Below, piece by piece: positions 42,086-57,700 of a stretch of 64,000 nt of DNA. This DNA is from Bugula neritina (taxonomy: Eukaryota > Animalia > Bryozoa). Position numbers and translations under genes: made by a program. Location of the stretch: assembly GCA_964035545.1 (NCBI GenBank), contig OZ037769.1:5065929-5129928 (forward strand), read 5' to 3'. The stretch's first letter is position 1. Every line of letters starts with the position of its first letter. The notes under the pieces are model-generated. The model made no database searches. It was not told where the DNA came from and saw nothing but the letters and a program-made list of their open reading frames with translations.

Positions 42086-45000
42086 AATCTGCTGGTAGTC
42101 GAATGGGCAAGTCAGTTGTTGAGCAAGTTTCAAGAGTTGCTAAATTACTTCATTAGAAAACTTTTTATATGGAGTTATCTTTCCTCAAGACAATCTGCTT
42201 TTTCTCCTTCCTTCTTAGCCACTCTGCTTTAACAATGTTTAACAAAGTAGCACACTTGTTGCTGATATTTAATTTATTTGGATTTTGCTTTTTCTATATA
42301 CCCAGCATATTTTGATTACTCATTGAAAGACAACTCTAAACAACTGAAAAACCGGCCAAAATTGTAGATCCTCATTTTTCCACCTGTCCAATTTGTATTG
42401 CACTTTGTCTTATGATGGCTGCTGCTAATACAAGGCAGGTAATCATTGGTGCCTGCAGAATGCTATATAATTTTTGACATTTCGGTTTTAATTTACTATC
42501 ACCTGTCAGCCTTTGTCACAGCCAATAGTTATTATAACTGACATTTGCCATTCCTTGCCAACACCTGCCTCTATATGTCTTTTTATATGGGAAATATTCA
42601 TGTTGGAAGTTCCTATTGTCATTAACTTTTTATATTCTATTCTCAATTTTGGTATTTTTAGCACAGTAAATGAAAGGACTGGCAGGGAATTTTAGATAAT
42701 TTACTATTTTTTGTTATTTTTCATGTGTTTTCTTATGCTAAAGACACATGATTTGTTTTGTTTACTTGAATAATTATACTGTGTACAGAATCTCAAATTG
42801 TTACTAAAATACAAATAAGAATAAATTATATTATTTATAAAATGCAAAGGGCAAACATCTTGAGTATCATGGATTAAATTTCCACATTTTAGTGCCTTTT
42901 CTTTCTGAACTTGTGTTATTTTTTCTGCTTAAACAGTTTTGTCAACATTCATAGCATAAGCCAGTATGATGAGAAAGCCTTTCTAAATTCATTTGCATTT
43001 GACACTAATTTTGTTAAACTACCCGCATGGATTTTTACTTCGCTAAACGTGCATGCAAATAGCAACTAAATAGTATTTTCCCTGCACTCTACCACACAGA
43101 AAAAGCTGCAATAGTATCTTATAGGTTTCCCATGGTATGAAATATGATACATGTTTTAATGAGCTTTATATTAGCTTTATGAGCACAATTAGGTAACTTC
43201 CATGTTTGAGGTATAGTATTTAAATGGGTAGAATGTTGAAAGTCGAGACTTGCAAATATCTATTACAGGTGTGAGCCTAGAATCACCTGCTATCTAGTGT
43301 CTACATATGTATAAGTATAATTGAGTTATTTAAATCATAAGTTGATGGTTTCCTTATCATATTTTTAGTCATAACTTTCCTTTATGTCAGATCTTCTGAA
43401 TCATACAACCACCTGCTGCTGGGTGTGTAATATGTTACAACTATTATATCTATTTAATCATGCTATCTAATATATTGCAAAATGTAGGTGCATTGTAAGT
43501 TTGTGTTCATTATTTAGTGCTCTCTCCATATCTCACGAAATTCTACAGGTCACAAAAAGGGCTTGAACCCTCCTCGATTTGTGGCTTATGTATGTGTGTA
43601 TGGGGACAAAATGGTCAAATTTGACAGATCCTGTGAGTTAATTCTGGTATTCTACTATGTCACAAATTGAGGTTTCGGACCTCATTTTAGTAAGATACGA
43701 AGGGACCGCTGTGCTATAACATGTAACATATAATATATTTTATGATCTCAACTAGACCGGAATGAGACTAAAAAAAAAATGCTGACATGTGAAACTGACT
43801 GTTAATACTGACACATGAACTGGCTGCTTGCAGGTGCTTGATCATATACTTATAGACATGCACCCTATCAGCTTCTCAGTAGCAACAGATGCTTTGTAAC
43901 AGCTGTATAGCAGAACTCTATTACAAATCAAATTTAAAATAATCTGCTATCTATATTCTACTGACAAAGCTGTAGCACACTCTTATCATATGGTATACCA
44001 TATGTTGTTTCAGCGACACTGTGAATAGAGTATATGATAAAAATAGTGACTTTTTGCAAACCAAAGATAAAGGACTACAGTATCTGGCTAGTAGGGTTAT
44101 ATTTATTGAGAACTGAAGCAATGCAAATATATTTGGAAATCTACTAACTGGTGAGTCATTGTATAAATATAGAAAATATATTGTATTTACGCAACAAGCT
44201 TGGCATAGTTCATCAGTTTACACATGCTACTGAATAGCCTGTCAGGACAAAGCAGGTGCTAGTTGGTCATTCTGAAAGTTACCAATTCACAAGAATGGCT
44301 GGAAATTTAACTAATTTGGCTTTGATCAGTGATTGATGTGAGTTTGAGGCAGAGCAGTAATTATTATCTGACTCTTTTTAGAAAACCATTCGTTTTTTTT
44401 GGGGGGGGGGGGAGTTTAATAATAGCAAACTTAACTGTTTTTATAATCGGCAAGTTTCCATGCTTCCTACAAAACTTTCTCCAATCTTTACATCAACTAC
44501 TGTATTGTAAAACTATATTTGTTCACCATGCCATGCCATACATAGGCTACTGAAAAACAAAAAGTAGCCAAATGTGTAAAGTCAATAAAACAATAAAGCA
44601 ATATTTGGAAGTAAATTCACCTTTGGTCTAGTCAACTAGAATATAATTGTAATAAAACTAGTTTACAGTTCTTAAATCAGAATCAAAGATGGTCAATGTG
44701 TATAATATATCAGCTAGGGTATATTAAACATCTAAAGCAGTATTGGTGACAATTAGTTGGCATGTAAACTAAATGTATTAATAATAATAGTCTGTGTTGG
44801 TTGCCCAGAGCAGTTCTATGACAGAATTTATATATATGTATGGATTACAAACCCTAGTCAATCAATTACTACATGCCATTCCATAGCATTAACCTAGCAG
44901 ATTAATCTTCATGACTTACAAATGCATGAATTAGATTTGTTTCATATAATATGACCTATTTATAAAGCATTCTATGATAATATCTTTAAATTTGCCCTTC

Positions 45001-48000
45001 TTATCCATCTTGCCTGTAGCTTGACTTGCCCTGCTTGCTAGAACTTCTGTTTAGAGATTAAGGCATTCATTGGAATAAATTGTATAGATTTCACATAATA
45101 GCAATCCATAGATCTAAAAAATTATATAATGATAGCTTTTGCTGGGCACAATTCCAAATCTTATGCCTCACGGCACCTAGATATGCTAGAGGTGATGATT
45201 TTCTAGCTCCTTATTTAAAAGCCACCATGTTAGCTATTCTTTCCAAAAGCCATTTTATATAACCAAAAGAAACTGTATCTTTTTGAGAAGGCAATTGTTA
45301 TTACAGAAATAGTAAGAGATTTTGGTAAATGTGGATTAGTTAAGGCAGCAGATAAAAAAATTAAAGTTCTTCAAATATTAAATATCTGCCTTTAACACTA
45401 GCTGCTATATATACTATATGTTTAGACTTTAGAGTAGTTATTGCCTAACTGTAACACATATACTAACATTTATTTTACTAACCAAATTTTTTGTAGAAAG
45501 ATTATTTTAAATATGCATGCCACAAACCTTATTGGGCTGACTACCAAGGAAGTAGCAATTATGGGCCAATTGAATCATCTCCATTTATAGTAGGTACTAG
45601 TTACTGGCAGCAAATGCCTTTCTTGTATAACAAAGTGTCACCAATTGTAGCTAAGAAGTTAAAACTTTAAAATGGTGGTCAAATTAGGTGCAGTAATGTA
45701 AGAACTTTCAACAAAATGTTATTTAATAAAGATATTTCTTCAAATAGCTCCATTACTGCCCCTAACTGGAATTAATAATTTTAGCTGGCTCCTCGGGAGT
45801 TATCTTCTATCGTTCAAGCTAGTTGAGTAGTCTGGTACACATGACATACTTCCCGGAACGTCAAACTTGAGATACCAGCAGCTTACAAACTGGTAAAATA
45901 TGATGCATGAGGAAGATTACTGCTATGTTCCTCAATTTACCTCTGTAGCCCTTCATAATATGATGACAATCGTCTCATTCTATTGGCTACTTTACATGCC
46001 TACACATGCTGATAGGACTCGGCCAACTGAGTTTGCTACCAGGAATAACATGGTGAATTATGCAATTATTACTGTTTTTCTCATCGATGTGTAAACATCA
46101 CCAAATTTAGAGAATTTTCTAGCTTTATTTCTTGCTTTTCACTCTGGTTATCGAGGGTTGAACATATCAAACCCAGTGATTCAAGATGGAACTTATACTA
46201 AATTTGTAGTTGAATCACTCTTAGCTAATGGATGAATCATTTATGGAAAATCAAAAGTGAAACTCTGTATGCATTTCGAGTATAAACTTCCTCGTGACAT
46301 TTCATTTCTTTTTTTAATATCTAGGAATATTGCCAGCTCTCTGTTGCAACTCTACATTCAGAAAAGTACATTCTACATACTTCTTACACCTTTATGTGCT
46401 AAGCTAAGCTGTAAATTGCCTTAGCAGCTCTAAAAAGCCCCAAAGGCTTCTTATTATTGTGGGTAAACTAAGTTAGTATGATAACTCACTTCCTGTGTAG
46501 CGAATCAATAATATGTAAGAGTACCGCACCACTCATAGTGTACACGGAAAGCGAATTCTTGTATTTTACTGTTTACTTTTTACTTTGTCATTTAGTAAGT
46601 ATATAGTTCTGCAGATATCAAAATGGTATGCTTGAGTGATCCTACTGTTGAAATTAAATGACTTTGTTACATGTATATTGTTAGAATCTACAAGATATAA
46701 TTATAAATTAAAACACATTTGATTTTATAGTACATATTAAGGTATTGCTTATTAATCAATAAAGACAAGTAATCATTGTATTCATGCCTAGCTATTATTT
46801 ACCTTAGAGTAACAGTACCTATTACTATACTTTATATTTTTAATATTTCAGTATTGTGTAACACGTGCAACCTTATTCTTACTGTATACTTACACCTACC
46901 ATATTATTGTATACTTACACCTATCATATTATTGTATACTTACACCTACCATATTATTTATATCCCTAATATGAAACTTGCAACTTGAATTTTTGTAAAT
47001 ATCTCATAAATTTATTATTTGTATCTACAAATTGAAGGTAAGAATGATTGATAACATTTTATAACTGTCATGATGTATGTATAACTAATGAGCAGATGAA
47101 GATATATTTCATTTTTATCTTCAACGCTGCTTGAAAATTGAATGCTGTTAAGAGATGCTACCCATCTTTGTGAGTGCCTCTGTCACTTTTACCACAACAT
47201 TTGGTGACACACTTTGGGGTGACATGGCATACAAGTTAAGGTGACCTGATGCAACACATGCTATTATCTTGTAAGATGACATGACAAGTGGCACAAGGTG
47301 CTTGATAGCAGTAGTTGACCAGATGATCTAGCTTAGATACTGGCAACAACTGAACTTATCTGTAGATAACTTGACATCTAAGTAGAATTTGTATGCAATG
47401 GTCTGAACAGAAAGGTGAAATATCTAGCAGTTAACAGACCCTCTCTTTGCTTGCATCTCCTTCAGAAATAATTACAGTTGTCTTTGTCAACAAATTTCTA
47501 TACACCCTTTCAGACTCTTAAGTATAAAGAAAATAGGCTTGTGATAAAGTGGTCACGTATGACAACACTCCTCTAGTAAAAACTTCAATATTTGGTTTCT
47601 GAATCTATTGTTATTTATTGTTCAGAAATCTCCTTCTGTGTGGATCCGTGTGCACATCATGTGATTAACAAGTACTTTTTGCTTCCCAGTCTTTGTTTTT
47701 AAAATGTCTATAGAATTAATTGCAACCTCAGCAAACACAGATCACAAAAACAAAATTACGGGTATGACCATTCTAAACCTTGAATATTGCTTACAATTTA
47801 AATTTATGCAAAAATTGTATTTATTCGTTTTACATCAACCAACTATACAGATTATAATAAATAATATGAAAAAATTATTTAAAAATAACCAGCAATGCAT
47901 ATTTTCAAAAAAAGATGCTTCATGGCATTTGTGGTATGAAGTTTAAATTATTATGCAATTATATTGAAATTTAATTACTTTTGAATTTATGTATTTTCAA

Positions 48001-49965
48001 TGAAGTAGTAAGGCTTGTGAGTAATTAAAAAGCATTTTTGCTCTAGCTAGAGATATAAAATGCTTGGCTGTATTGTAGTTCATGGTGTTGAATTGCATAA
48101 CAATTGTTGAACTTATGCAATTAATTAACATTGTCAATCAGATCTAAGCAAGGCTTCTATTTACAAGCATTCAATCACTGCTTTAAATCAATACTGAAAG
48201 GTATTAATAGCAAATCATACGTAGTCTGGGTTCATGCAATAATTCACCATCAAACCATAAACTATCATACCGAGTATATTAAATACTTAGAGCAAAGGCT
48301 AATAATTTTGCTATTCATTGGTTGGTCAGTCAGAAGTGTAGCAACTCTATACCCACTTATCATGTTGAATGAATTACATCAACTTATTTGAATACAACTA
48401 TTTTCAGATTGGCTTTCATTACCACGAGATATCGGATTGACAAAGGATTTATCTACTGACTCAGTGAGCATTCATTTTTCTGCATCTCCTTAAGTAAATC
48501 AGTGGGAGTCAGCGATGTGAAGGAAAGACAGGCGGCTATACTAACCACATGAACGTGTAACAGCAGCCTGGTAAATGCCAACCCGAAAGATACTGCAAAC
48601 TGTAAGGATTAAACTACATTATAGAGAAGAACTGCACTGGCTAGCATGAGCTATTCAACGGCGGTTCTATCTAGAGAATCAGTTATTGGATAATACTATT
48701 AGAGTAGCAGCAATATGGCTGCTCTCTGCTGGTAAGTTTCTTAGAGTAACTCCGTGTTTGTTCCTTGATGTACTTGTAGATACAGGGTTTATTTCTAAGT
48801 TGAAAAAAAAGAAAACTTGATAAATGTATTGGGGGTTTCGAACATGTGAGAAATTTAATATTTACTTGTTTTCCCAAGTAAGTAGTTTAAGTGAAACATT
48901 TTTCTAGGAATAAATGACACCATCAGCTCAACAACCTCTTCCAACTGATTACACACATTGTAGAGATCAATTTGGTTTGTTCGCTGAACAATTTTTAAAA
49001 TAATTTCAGCTATTCAATTTTATATATAGGAACTATTCTTTATATTTACTGCATTTGTCAAACGATATAACCATCAAATGTGCTCAAGTTTGCTGGTTTC
49101 AGACAATATTCTTATAAATAGGTTAAAAGTAATTCAGCACTGCTTGTATGCAGACAATTTCAACCAAACCTTTGACTTTTTGAGGAAGTTCTGACGTGTG
49201 GATAGCTTATATATAGAAAAGCTCAGGTTTATAGCTTATATTTGGAGAGGTTCAAGTAAATAGGTTTATTAACTCTTAGGTTTATATATAGCTGAGTTAG
49301 TCCTGTTAATATTTTCCTCCTTGTAATGGGTGATATTTCTTGGCTAGACTGTATAGAATTTCTAAAAATACTCTTTCAATGGTCAATGGGGAAATTACAC
49401 AAGTACTAAACATATTATTTATAAGGAAAGAGTTGTATGTAAATTTGTATTGTAAATTGTGGTTATGTAACAATTCAGGCAGACCAACAACATATTATAC
49501 TAATTGAGTAACAGCTGGTGATATTGACAATAGATTTTCTCTAGCAAGAATAATACTACACCTAAATTACCCTGTTCCAATCTCTATTCCCACCTTAATG
49601 CTACATAGTTTAGGCTAATTTTGATTTCAAAGACAATTGCCTTCCTTTACAGACAATACTACACATTGCTGCCACAGCAAAAGCTAAATTGCGAGCCTCG
49701 TCTAGACTGAATCAACTTCAAAGGCTACTTTAGTGATGTTACTACATCCAGTGTAGAACATGGGTTACTAACAGCATATTATTTACTATTGAAAAGTTGA
49801 TTAGTGTTTTGCTTTAATCAATATTATGCAAGCTGAACTTTTAGTCTGGGTAGAAGTCCATGACAGCGACAGCGCTGACTTCACAGCTGACTAGTTTCTG
49901 AATTCACACATTGCACAGTCATGCAGTAGTATTCATACACAGCTTGTAGATTGAATCAGCATAAG

Positions 49966-50140
49966 GGTGGGTCTAGCTGTTAGCTGTTAAATAGATAGCC
50001 TAGGATACTCAGGTCATGGGGTTAAATCCCCGGCAAGGTTAGTGGTGGTGCCCGTAGTGATGAGTTTGCCCAGTGGTCCCTGTGGTGTAATGCTTGCAAG
50101 CCAGAGGTCTCGGGTTGATTCCCAGTAGGGGGGCAATTAT
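49966..50140 (+). mobile_element. Two adjacent degenerate tRNA-like SINE heads
   Basis: GGTCATGGGGTTAAATCCC and AGAGGTCTCGGGTTGATTCCCAGTAGGGG are B-box-like segments, each preceded by an A-box-like sequence. Neither forms an intact cloverleaf. Confidence 0.45.
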
Positions 50141-52382
50141 TTTTTAGTGCCAAAAGACATCTAAAGTAGAAATACTCTTACCATGTTGCTATCATGATAA
50201 GAACTACAGCCCATCTGGAATTCTCTCAGGGTGGAAAATTTAGGCAACACAAAGTTTATATGTAACAATACAAGGAAAAGTCTGTATAATACGTTTCCAA
50301 AAACTAGTGACTGAAATTCTGTTTCTATAGCCTTTGTGCATTTTATACCTTTGATCATAACAGAAAACAACTTATTAGATGAAATACTATGCCAAACTGT
50401 ACATCACTTTTGATGAAACTGTAATAACTGCCAAAATAGTTGACAGTACTGAAGGTAAAGGTGAGACATAAACTAGAGTGTGACATTATTAATCACCCAA
50501 AACATGGCAGGTTATTCCAGTCATATAATACTACAAATACTTCAAAATTATACCATTGGATCTATCACCTTCACCACCTTCACCACCTTCACCACCTGTA
50601 CCATGATACTGCTCCAATTACAGAACCTCTATCAAATAGCAGTAGGAAGCTGGTTCTACTAAATTCCAGGGTTTGGGCTGAATGAAGGCTCATTAAAACA
50701 GGGTTCACATTAAAGTGATGTTTTTTTCCTACTAAGGCGCAGTTCCTCTTTCTTGGTACAAGGTTCAAGTTACAAAGGGTGTACATAATGTATGTAAATA
50801 TGAAATGAATGTACTCAGCATGTACCAAAAGACTGTAAGAGAAAGTAAATACTAGACCATCATTTTATTTAATAAATAAAACAAATTTTTAGAACTAATT
50901 ACTTTTGAAAGATAATGTAGGGTTGTAGGTATTAGTTTGGATGGAGAGAAAATTTGTGTACAAATTACATTTTCGTTTTATTATTGACAGCACATGGCTG
51001 TAAAAACACACAAAGCAGCAGACTTTAAAGTTGTTTTGTTTCCGAAAGGGACAACAGCTATATTGGTGGTCTACTATTATCTTTAGCCAAAAGTGCAAAC
51101 CCATTTCAGGAGGGCAACTGTAAAGTGTTAAAAATATTCAGTGATTTCACCATAACCCAGTGACTGTTAGAGGAAAGTAAACGCAGTTGAAGTAAAGGTT
51201 GGCCTTAAAAGATAGTCTAAGATGTTTGTTTAAGCTTGTAAATCCTAGGTTGATAACTTGGTTAATAGGCTGTTTGTGCTGTGCCTTCTACAGTTATGTG
51301 TAGTAGGACTTTTATCTTGTCGATGTTTTGCTGGTAGTAAACAAACTAATTCTCGTTTATCTGGGAGTGCACCAATGCTACTCCTTGTATCATCTTACTT
51401 TTATTATAGAACAATTAGTTATACTCTGAAGAATATTATAAAATATGCTTTAAAAATTATATCTAAATAATGTGCGTAAAAGTCTATAAAAAGAAAATGA
51501 CTATGCTATTTATTACAACACCTGCTTTCTATTTTGAATGGGCACCAGCATAACAATTTCTTAAAAGTCCGAAATATTTTATAGCAATTAGTATTGGAGT
51601 ATACAAAGCCATTGAAGTCTGTACTATCCATGGACAAAGGAAGTTTGATTAAAACTCTGTTCAGTAAACAAAAACTACTAGACTCAATTGAGACAATTAT
51701 TTTGCTCTGCCAAGTGAACACTTTTAAAAAATCTGCTTTCAGTCGTAAATACAAAAATTTCAAGTGGACTACTGAAGAATTCATGCAAACCAATATTGCT
51801 TTGAAAAGCAGTACTTGTCATACCTTAGGGACGCTCATTTTGCCATATCATTATGTAATCTATGGGAACCAAGCTTGACAACAACCTGGCATTCGGTTAC
51901 CAGTGATTCAAGAGCTTGGCTTATAGTTTAGACTCAACTGGGTATAGCCTAGACACCTGTGGGAGGACACTGACGGGCACCTGAAAAAAGAGTGAAGTGT
52001 AATATCTTTGCATCATTTCATGCTAAGTAAACACATTACTAATTTAGCCATTGTGTTTGCATATAACCCGTGTACAAGATTGTGATATCATCTCCATCGA
52101 TGCATTGCTGGCCTGTGAATGTCCTACTTCGCACTTTTGTTTACCAGCAGACTGACAAGGTTTATAGATTGCGTGCTAGTCTCTACTCAGGGCTATATGA
52201 CTATTTGAAGTAATGTTGGCAAGTTGTGACAGGTTATAAAAATGGTCTTGCATACAGATTATATTCATGCTTCAAGTCCAACCTCAGTAAATATGAATTC
52301 TATAAATAAATATACAATCATTCTAGTAATTCCAGACTCTATGCAGTTTTTTAAAATATTTTCAAAATTAATCATAATAATT

Positions 52383-52545
52383 TGTAGGTACATTGCATGT
52401 GCATTGTAGGTACATTGCAGGTAGATTGTGGGCAGATTGTAGGTAAATTATAGACCTGTATGTAGGCAGACCATAAGTAGATTGTAGGTACATTGTAGGT
52501 ATATTGTAGGGACATTGTAGGTGCATTGTAAGTGCATTGTAGTAC
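52383..52545. repeat. 11-bp tandem repeat (ACATTGTAGGT)n
   Basis: Roughly 14 degenerate copies of ACATTGTAGGT. Confidence 0.85.
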
Positions 52546-54737
52546 TGTAAAAAGAAAGTTATGTTCAGGTGTGCTCATACCCTTATTTAGTCTGTGGTAC
52601 AATCCTGAAAGTGATTTAAACAGAATCAACAATAAACCTTACATCTGCATGCTCAATTTAACACACTAATTGTAATGATTTTATCTTGTATCTTTCAACT
52701 ACACTTAGAGGAGGTTTTTAATTGGTTAATTTGAGATTTCTCCTTCAGATATACAATAGGTAATTACTATGTATTAACAGTCGCAACAAAAGGAAGAAAT
52801 GTGTGGTCGGAAGAAATTAAAAACACATTTACACATCTAAAGTTCAAGCGTGTGACCTTAAACTATTTTTATGAACTGTTTCATGTGACTGCACTTTTGG
52901 TAAAAAAATATCATTCATTTGTAAACTATATTGATATAAAGCAATTACACAGGCAGTAAAATAGCTGCCTAATCAAAATACTGAATATGTTTTCATTATT
53001 GAATAATTTAATTACAGGTAAGAATTAGTTGTGTAGAATCATGCAGCCTGAGAAGAATTTTCACTCAAATTGATTAACTTTCTGTAAAATATTTCCATAT
53101 TTGTTTTTACTAGATGCTAGGTGAGGCTTAGCAGGGTGCCTCAAGTGTAACAACAAACTACTTTTCAAATTGACTGAACTTAAAGCACTCCGGCGCCAGA
53201 GGCTTCTGCAATTAAAGTAGAAATGCAAATCCTAGTTGATGTGTTACACAGCTTAGTAGTGAGGCTTCAGTGTATTACGTAGATGATTCAATGTGTTTCT
53301 GTCAGAAAGACTAAAAACTAAAAAAGTACAAATTGAGCTAAGATTAAATTAGATACAAACACAATATTATGATAATAGATATTCTTACATATATAATATA
53401 AATAGACAGTTTGAAAGTTGAAATATCAAGTTTTCTTTAGATTACAACACGATCTCAATAAAATTGGTCTGCAACATAAATATTGAAAGGATAGTGTTGC
53501 ATCAAAGACATGTGTTACTTGCATTTTTCGAATTCCATTGGTAATGAAAATAGTAATTCAATTAGACCCCTACATCTATTACATCTCACACCTGCAGCAC
53601 TATAAGAATGAGGTTTTATGATCAAATTTACTAGACTAAGCAACCTCATTCAGTGTCCCATTTAGCTGTAACTTGTAGCTATAGCGTGAACTATATTATT
53701 ATTGTGTTTAATATAAAGAGCAAAGTTTAGCACTAGTATCTTTGCTTTGGAGAAGAAATATTATGTTGAGACTCATGTGAGTTAAGCTTCCAGCCAAAAC
53801 TTTATGCCATTCGAAACATCTCCAAAATAGTTCACCAGAAATGATGAGCACATCACTATTCTCAAATTGAAAATTGAGTAAAATTTTAATAAACAAATTC
53901 TAAGCGCTTCACAACCAAGCGTTGTAGAATATAATTCAAATATATCAATCCGAAACGTAATTTTAATAATTTTAATAACTCAAGCCACTTTGCGTGCCTT
54001 ATTGACCAATGAAATGCATGATCACTGCAGCTTGAGCTTTTGACAGTAGCAGTTACAAAAGCCTTGCAAATATAAATCCACATATTTAGTCAGCTCTTGC
54101 TATGATTTGGCAGAGTTAAGCAGCTTTAAAGTCTACAAACAAGGTGCATAAATCAACTTATATAATGCATAGTAGACATTTTAAATTATACTTGGGTAAC
54201 TAATATTATGTAACATTAACTAGTAGCCTACATTAACAGCTAATATTTGTAAACAAATATTTTACAATTCATAGTCTCTATAGACTCTTGCACAACTATA
54301 TGTACAATGCTTAAAATGAGTTAAAAACCTTAATTTGAAGAATTACAAACTTTAAAGCTGATAATATTTTGCCAGGAAACTTCATATTCAAACTATAACA
54401 TCCAGCAATTGGTTATAGTGATTGGCAGTTTTCTACTATAAATTAAAATATCACTGCTCCAATTCAACTTTTGTGAATGAAGAAAATGAATGACTTTAGT
54501 TGTCATGACTACCAAATGTAATGAAATAAATTCATGTATTGCTGTCACCGAAAATGAAATTAAACTTTTCTTTCAACTCTATTCTCATATATTCCCAAAT
54601 AGGGCTAAGTTAGACTGTTCACTTAATGCCAATGAGCAGAACTAAATCAAATTATATAAGAAATTGTAAAACCAATTAGCATGATTCAGTAGACAAATTT
54701 CTAACACATGTTATTCTCTTGCTGATTTTAATTTCAG

Positions 54738-57700
54738 GTTCCTTTCATATGCTCTAATGATTTTGGTTGGAATCAATCAAGTTGGCTTTTCTGCTGCCGC
54801 CACTGCTGCCTTTACAATTCCTGCTAATCAATCCAACTCTACAGAGTCACCCTTAGGTCATAATAATGCAATTTCTCCCTCAGCACCACCGGCCTCTAGT
54901 AACCTGAGTGTTTCAGAGTTTGACTCCACAACTACAGTCCAACTCTCTCACTCGAGTAATACTAACATACCAAGCTCTCCAGTTACGGTGAAGACCTCCG
55001 ATATTGAATCAACTACTAGTACCATGCCTCCATCCCCTGAAAGCCATTCGAATGGCACGACTTCTACAGAAAGTTCAAATACTCAGATGCATTCTATACA
55101 CAATGCTACTACTACAGCTGCTGTGGCTACAAGAGAGGCTACAACAACTTCAACAACTACAACAGCCACAACTACTGAAGCAGCCACAACAAAAGCTACA
55201 ACTACAGCAGCCACAACAACCACAACAAAAGCTACAACTGCAGCAGCCACAACAACCACAACAAAAGCTACAACAACAACAGCTGCAACTACAGCAGCCA
55301 CAACTACTACAGCAGCCACAACAGCCACAACAAAAGCTACAACTACAGCAGCCACAACAACCACAACAAAAGCTACAACAACAACAGCTGCAATTACAGC
55401 AGCCACAACAGCCACAACAAAAGCTACAACTACAGAAGCTACAACTACTACAACAGCTACAACAACAAAAGCTACAACAACAAAAGCTACTACAACTACT
55501 ACTACACAAGCTGCTACTACTTTCACTGAAGCTACAGTGCCATCTATGACATCATCATCATCTATGACATCACCACAGCTGTCCACACAGCAACCAGCAG
55601 CCACTAATAGCTCTATCATAGCCACAAGTGAGTCAAATACATATATTGTCTGCTTTCCATCATGATTATTCTTTCTTGGTTCGCTTTGCAATCTTCTGCA
55701 ATATCTGTGCTGCAGCTTTTTCCCTTTACTAGATTCAGTGCTTGAGAAATTTATTATTTCCCAGTTTGGCATCATGTTTGTATGTGTTCTGGTTTGAGCT
55801 AAAATTTTATTTTGCAGCAATCTAATTATTTTATTGGAAACTGTTAGTTAATTTTGTATATCAATGGTAACATAGTTTTAAGGATTATCTGGGGCATATC
55901 GTTTTATACCAAACAAAATTAGTAAAAGCTCACATGTGTTATGATTTGGTCGTTGCACCGAATGCAGATTTTATTTCCCCCTTTTAATTAGACTTTCTTT
56001 TAGTCCAAGTTTATATCTTTCTGCTGCTAATATAATTTTAGCATATTATATTGCACTACAATATTCATAGGAGAGTATAATTTTACCAGCACTTTGGCAA
56101 ATTCTACAGCACAAGAGATTCCAGATAGAGCTAGTACAAACACCAATTCTGTTGCCCCTTCCTCATCTCTTAGTCCCAGCAGTCAGTTGTCAACAGCTGG
56201 GACCACACAGCAGTCCCCTGGCACTAGCATGAGATCTTCATCTGTCACAACTTTCAAAGATGGGAGTACCACATCAACCACCCCATACTATTCTATCTCC
56301 ACCCAACAGCTGAGCACCTCAACTAGTGCAAATGGCAATCATTCTCCAAGTTCCATCAGCCAAATGTTTACAGCAAACTCAACTGCTTACAAAGAGACAA
56401 ATCCTGAGACCACATCAGAAGCACTTCTGCAACCTAATACACCACTCTCTGCAGATATTAATACGACTATTACTGAAACTAGTACCAGTTCAAAAGGTAC
56501 CACTGTGATAACTGAACAAGCAAATGTAACAACACCTACTGTGGACCCCAATTCTCCTTCAACAGAAGAGAGCTTAGTAACTCAAAATTCTACAGAGCTG
56601 CCTTATACTTTGCCAGAGAATTTTACTGAGGTAGAGAATGTGACGCTAACTAAGGAGATGGTAACAACCACAGCTCCTGCATTAAACTTATCTTTTTCCT
56701 CATCAACCCCAAAACAAAGTGCTGTATCTTCCACCACAACACTACCGCTAACGCAGTCTACAACAATCATTGTTGGAAACGTTACAGCAGTGTCAAAAAG
56801 CTTCTCAACAACACTCCTAGAGTCAAATAACACAGTACCCGGTACATCTCAGGAGTTAATATCCAGTACCTTGTCCAGTGTGTGGATGCCAAGTTCAACA
56901 TCCTTCAAAGAGATAACCTCCACAACTATATCAAACACTTCATCAATTACAGAGCATAACATTTCATCTCCAACTATACTAGCAACAGTGCCAACAACAG
57001 TACCCACAACAACAACCACCACAACAGTACCCACAACAACAACCACAACAACAGTACCCACAACAACAGTACCCACAACAACAACCACAACAACAGTACC
57101 CACAACAACAACCACCACAACAATACCCACAACAACCACCACAACAATACCCACAACAACAACCACCACAACAGTACCCACCACAAAAATCACCACAGTA
57201 CCAATAACCACAACCACCACCACAACGCCAACAACAGTAACCACTACAAAGCCCACAACAACTACCACAGTATCAACAACATTACCCACAACAACAATCA
57301 CCACAGTACCCACCACAGAGTCCACAACAATCACCACAATACCAACAACAGTGCCCACCACATCACCTAGTACAATCAGTACAAAAAGCACAACCACTAC
57401 TATACCTTCAACTACTTCTGCACAAAAGCCATCTACACCAGCTACTTCTACCACTCCACACAGTTATGTGTCTTACAACCCTTCTCATAACTGGACAGGT
57501 ATTTGCAACCCTTAATTGTGCTCTTGCTTTAAGCTTCTTTATTTCTTCTCTATTATTAGCAGCTTTCTGATTATATATCTATTTTCGCTGCTTTAGCATC
57601 ATCAGTTTTTTATAATGGTTTTCGCTTGCTACAAGATTTTATTTCTTTTGGCATGATTTGCTCAGAGATAATATTTTGTGAAGTAAACTAACTCGTATAG

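Noticed and set aside
45960-46030. C/D-box-like TGATGA...CTGA
   Set aside because: No terminal stem or recognisable guide sequence; likely chance.
50068-50135. Possible tRNA gene
   Set aside because: Degenerate arms and no clean acceptor stem; better explained as a SINE head.
51258-51470. Signal-peptide-like ORF upstream of the mucin
   Set aside because: Starts at TTG, with no convincing splice link to the mucin exons.
53011-53023. TACAG|GTAAG possible recursive splice site or alternative first-exon donor
   Set aside because: The host intron is short, and ATG 52987 gives phase 1, which hits a stop in the mucin exon; cannot be supported without reads.
55140-55500. Resemblance of the Ala-Ala-Thr runs to antifreeze glycoprotein
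   Set aside because: Thr-dominated and irregular rather than a strict tripeptide repeat; an ordinary mucin stalk explains it.
55004-55820. Poly-Gln (+), poly-Val/Ala and poly-Cys (-) ORFs
   Set aside because: Alternative-frame and antisense shadows of the ACA/ACT/GCT mucin repeat; no independent splice or start support.
56849-57454. Antisense Val-rich and Trp/Leu-rich ORFs
   Set aside because: Shadows of the Thr/Pro repeat in mucin exon 2.
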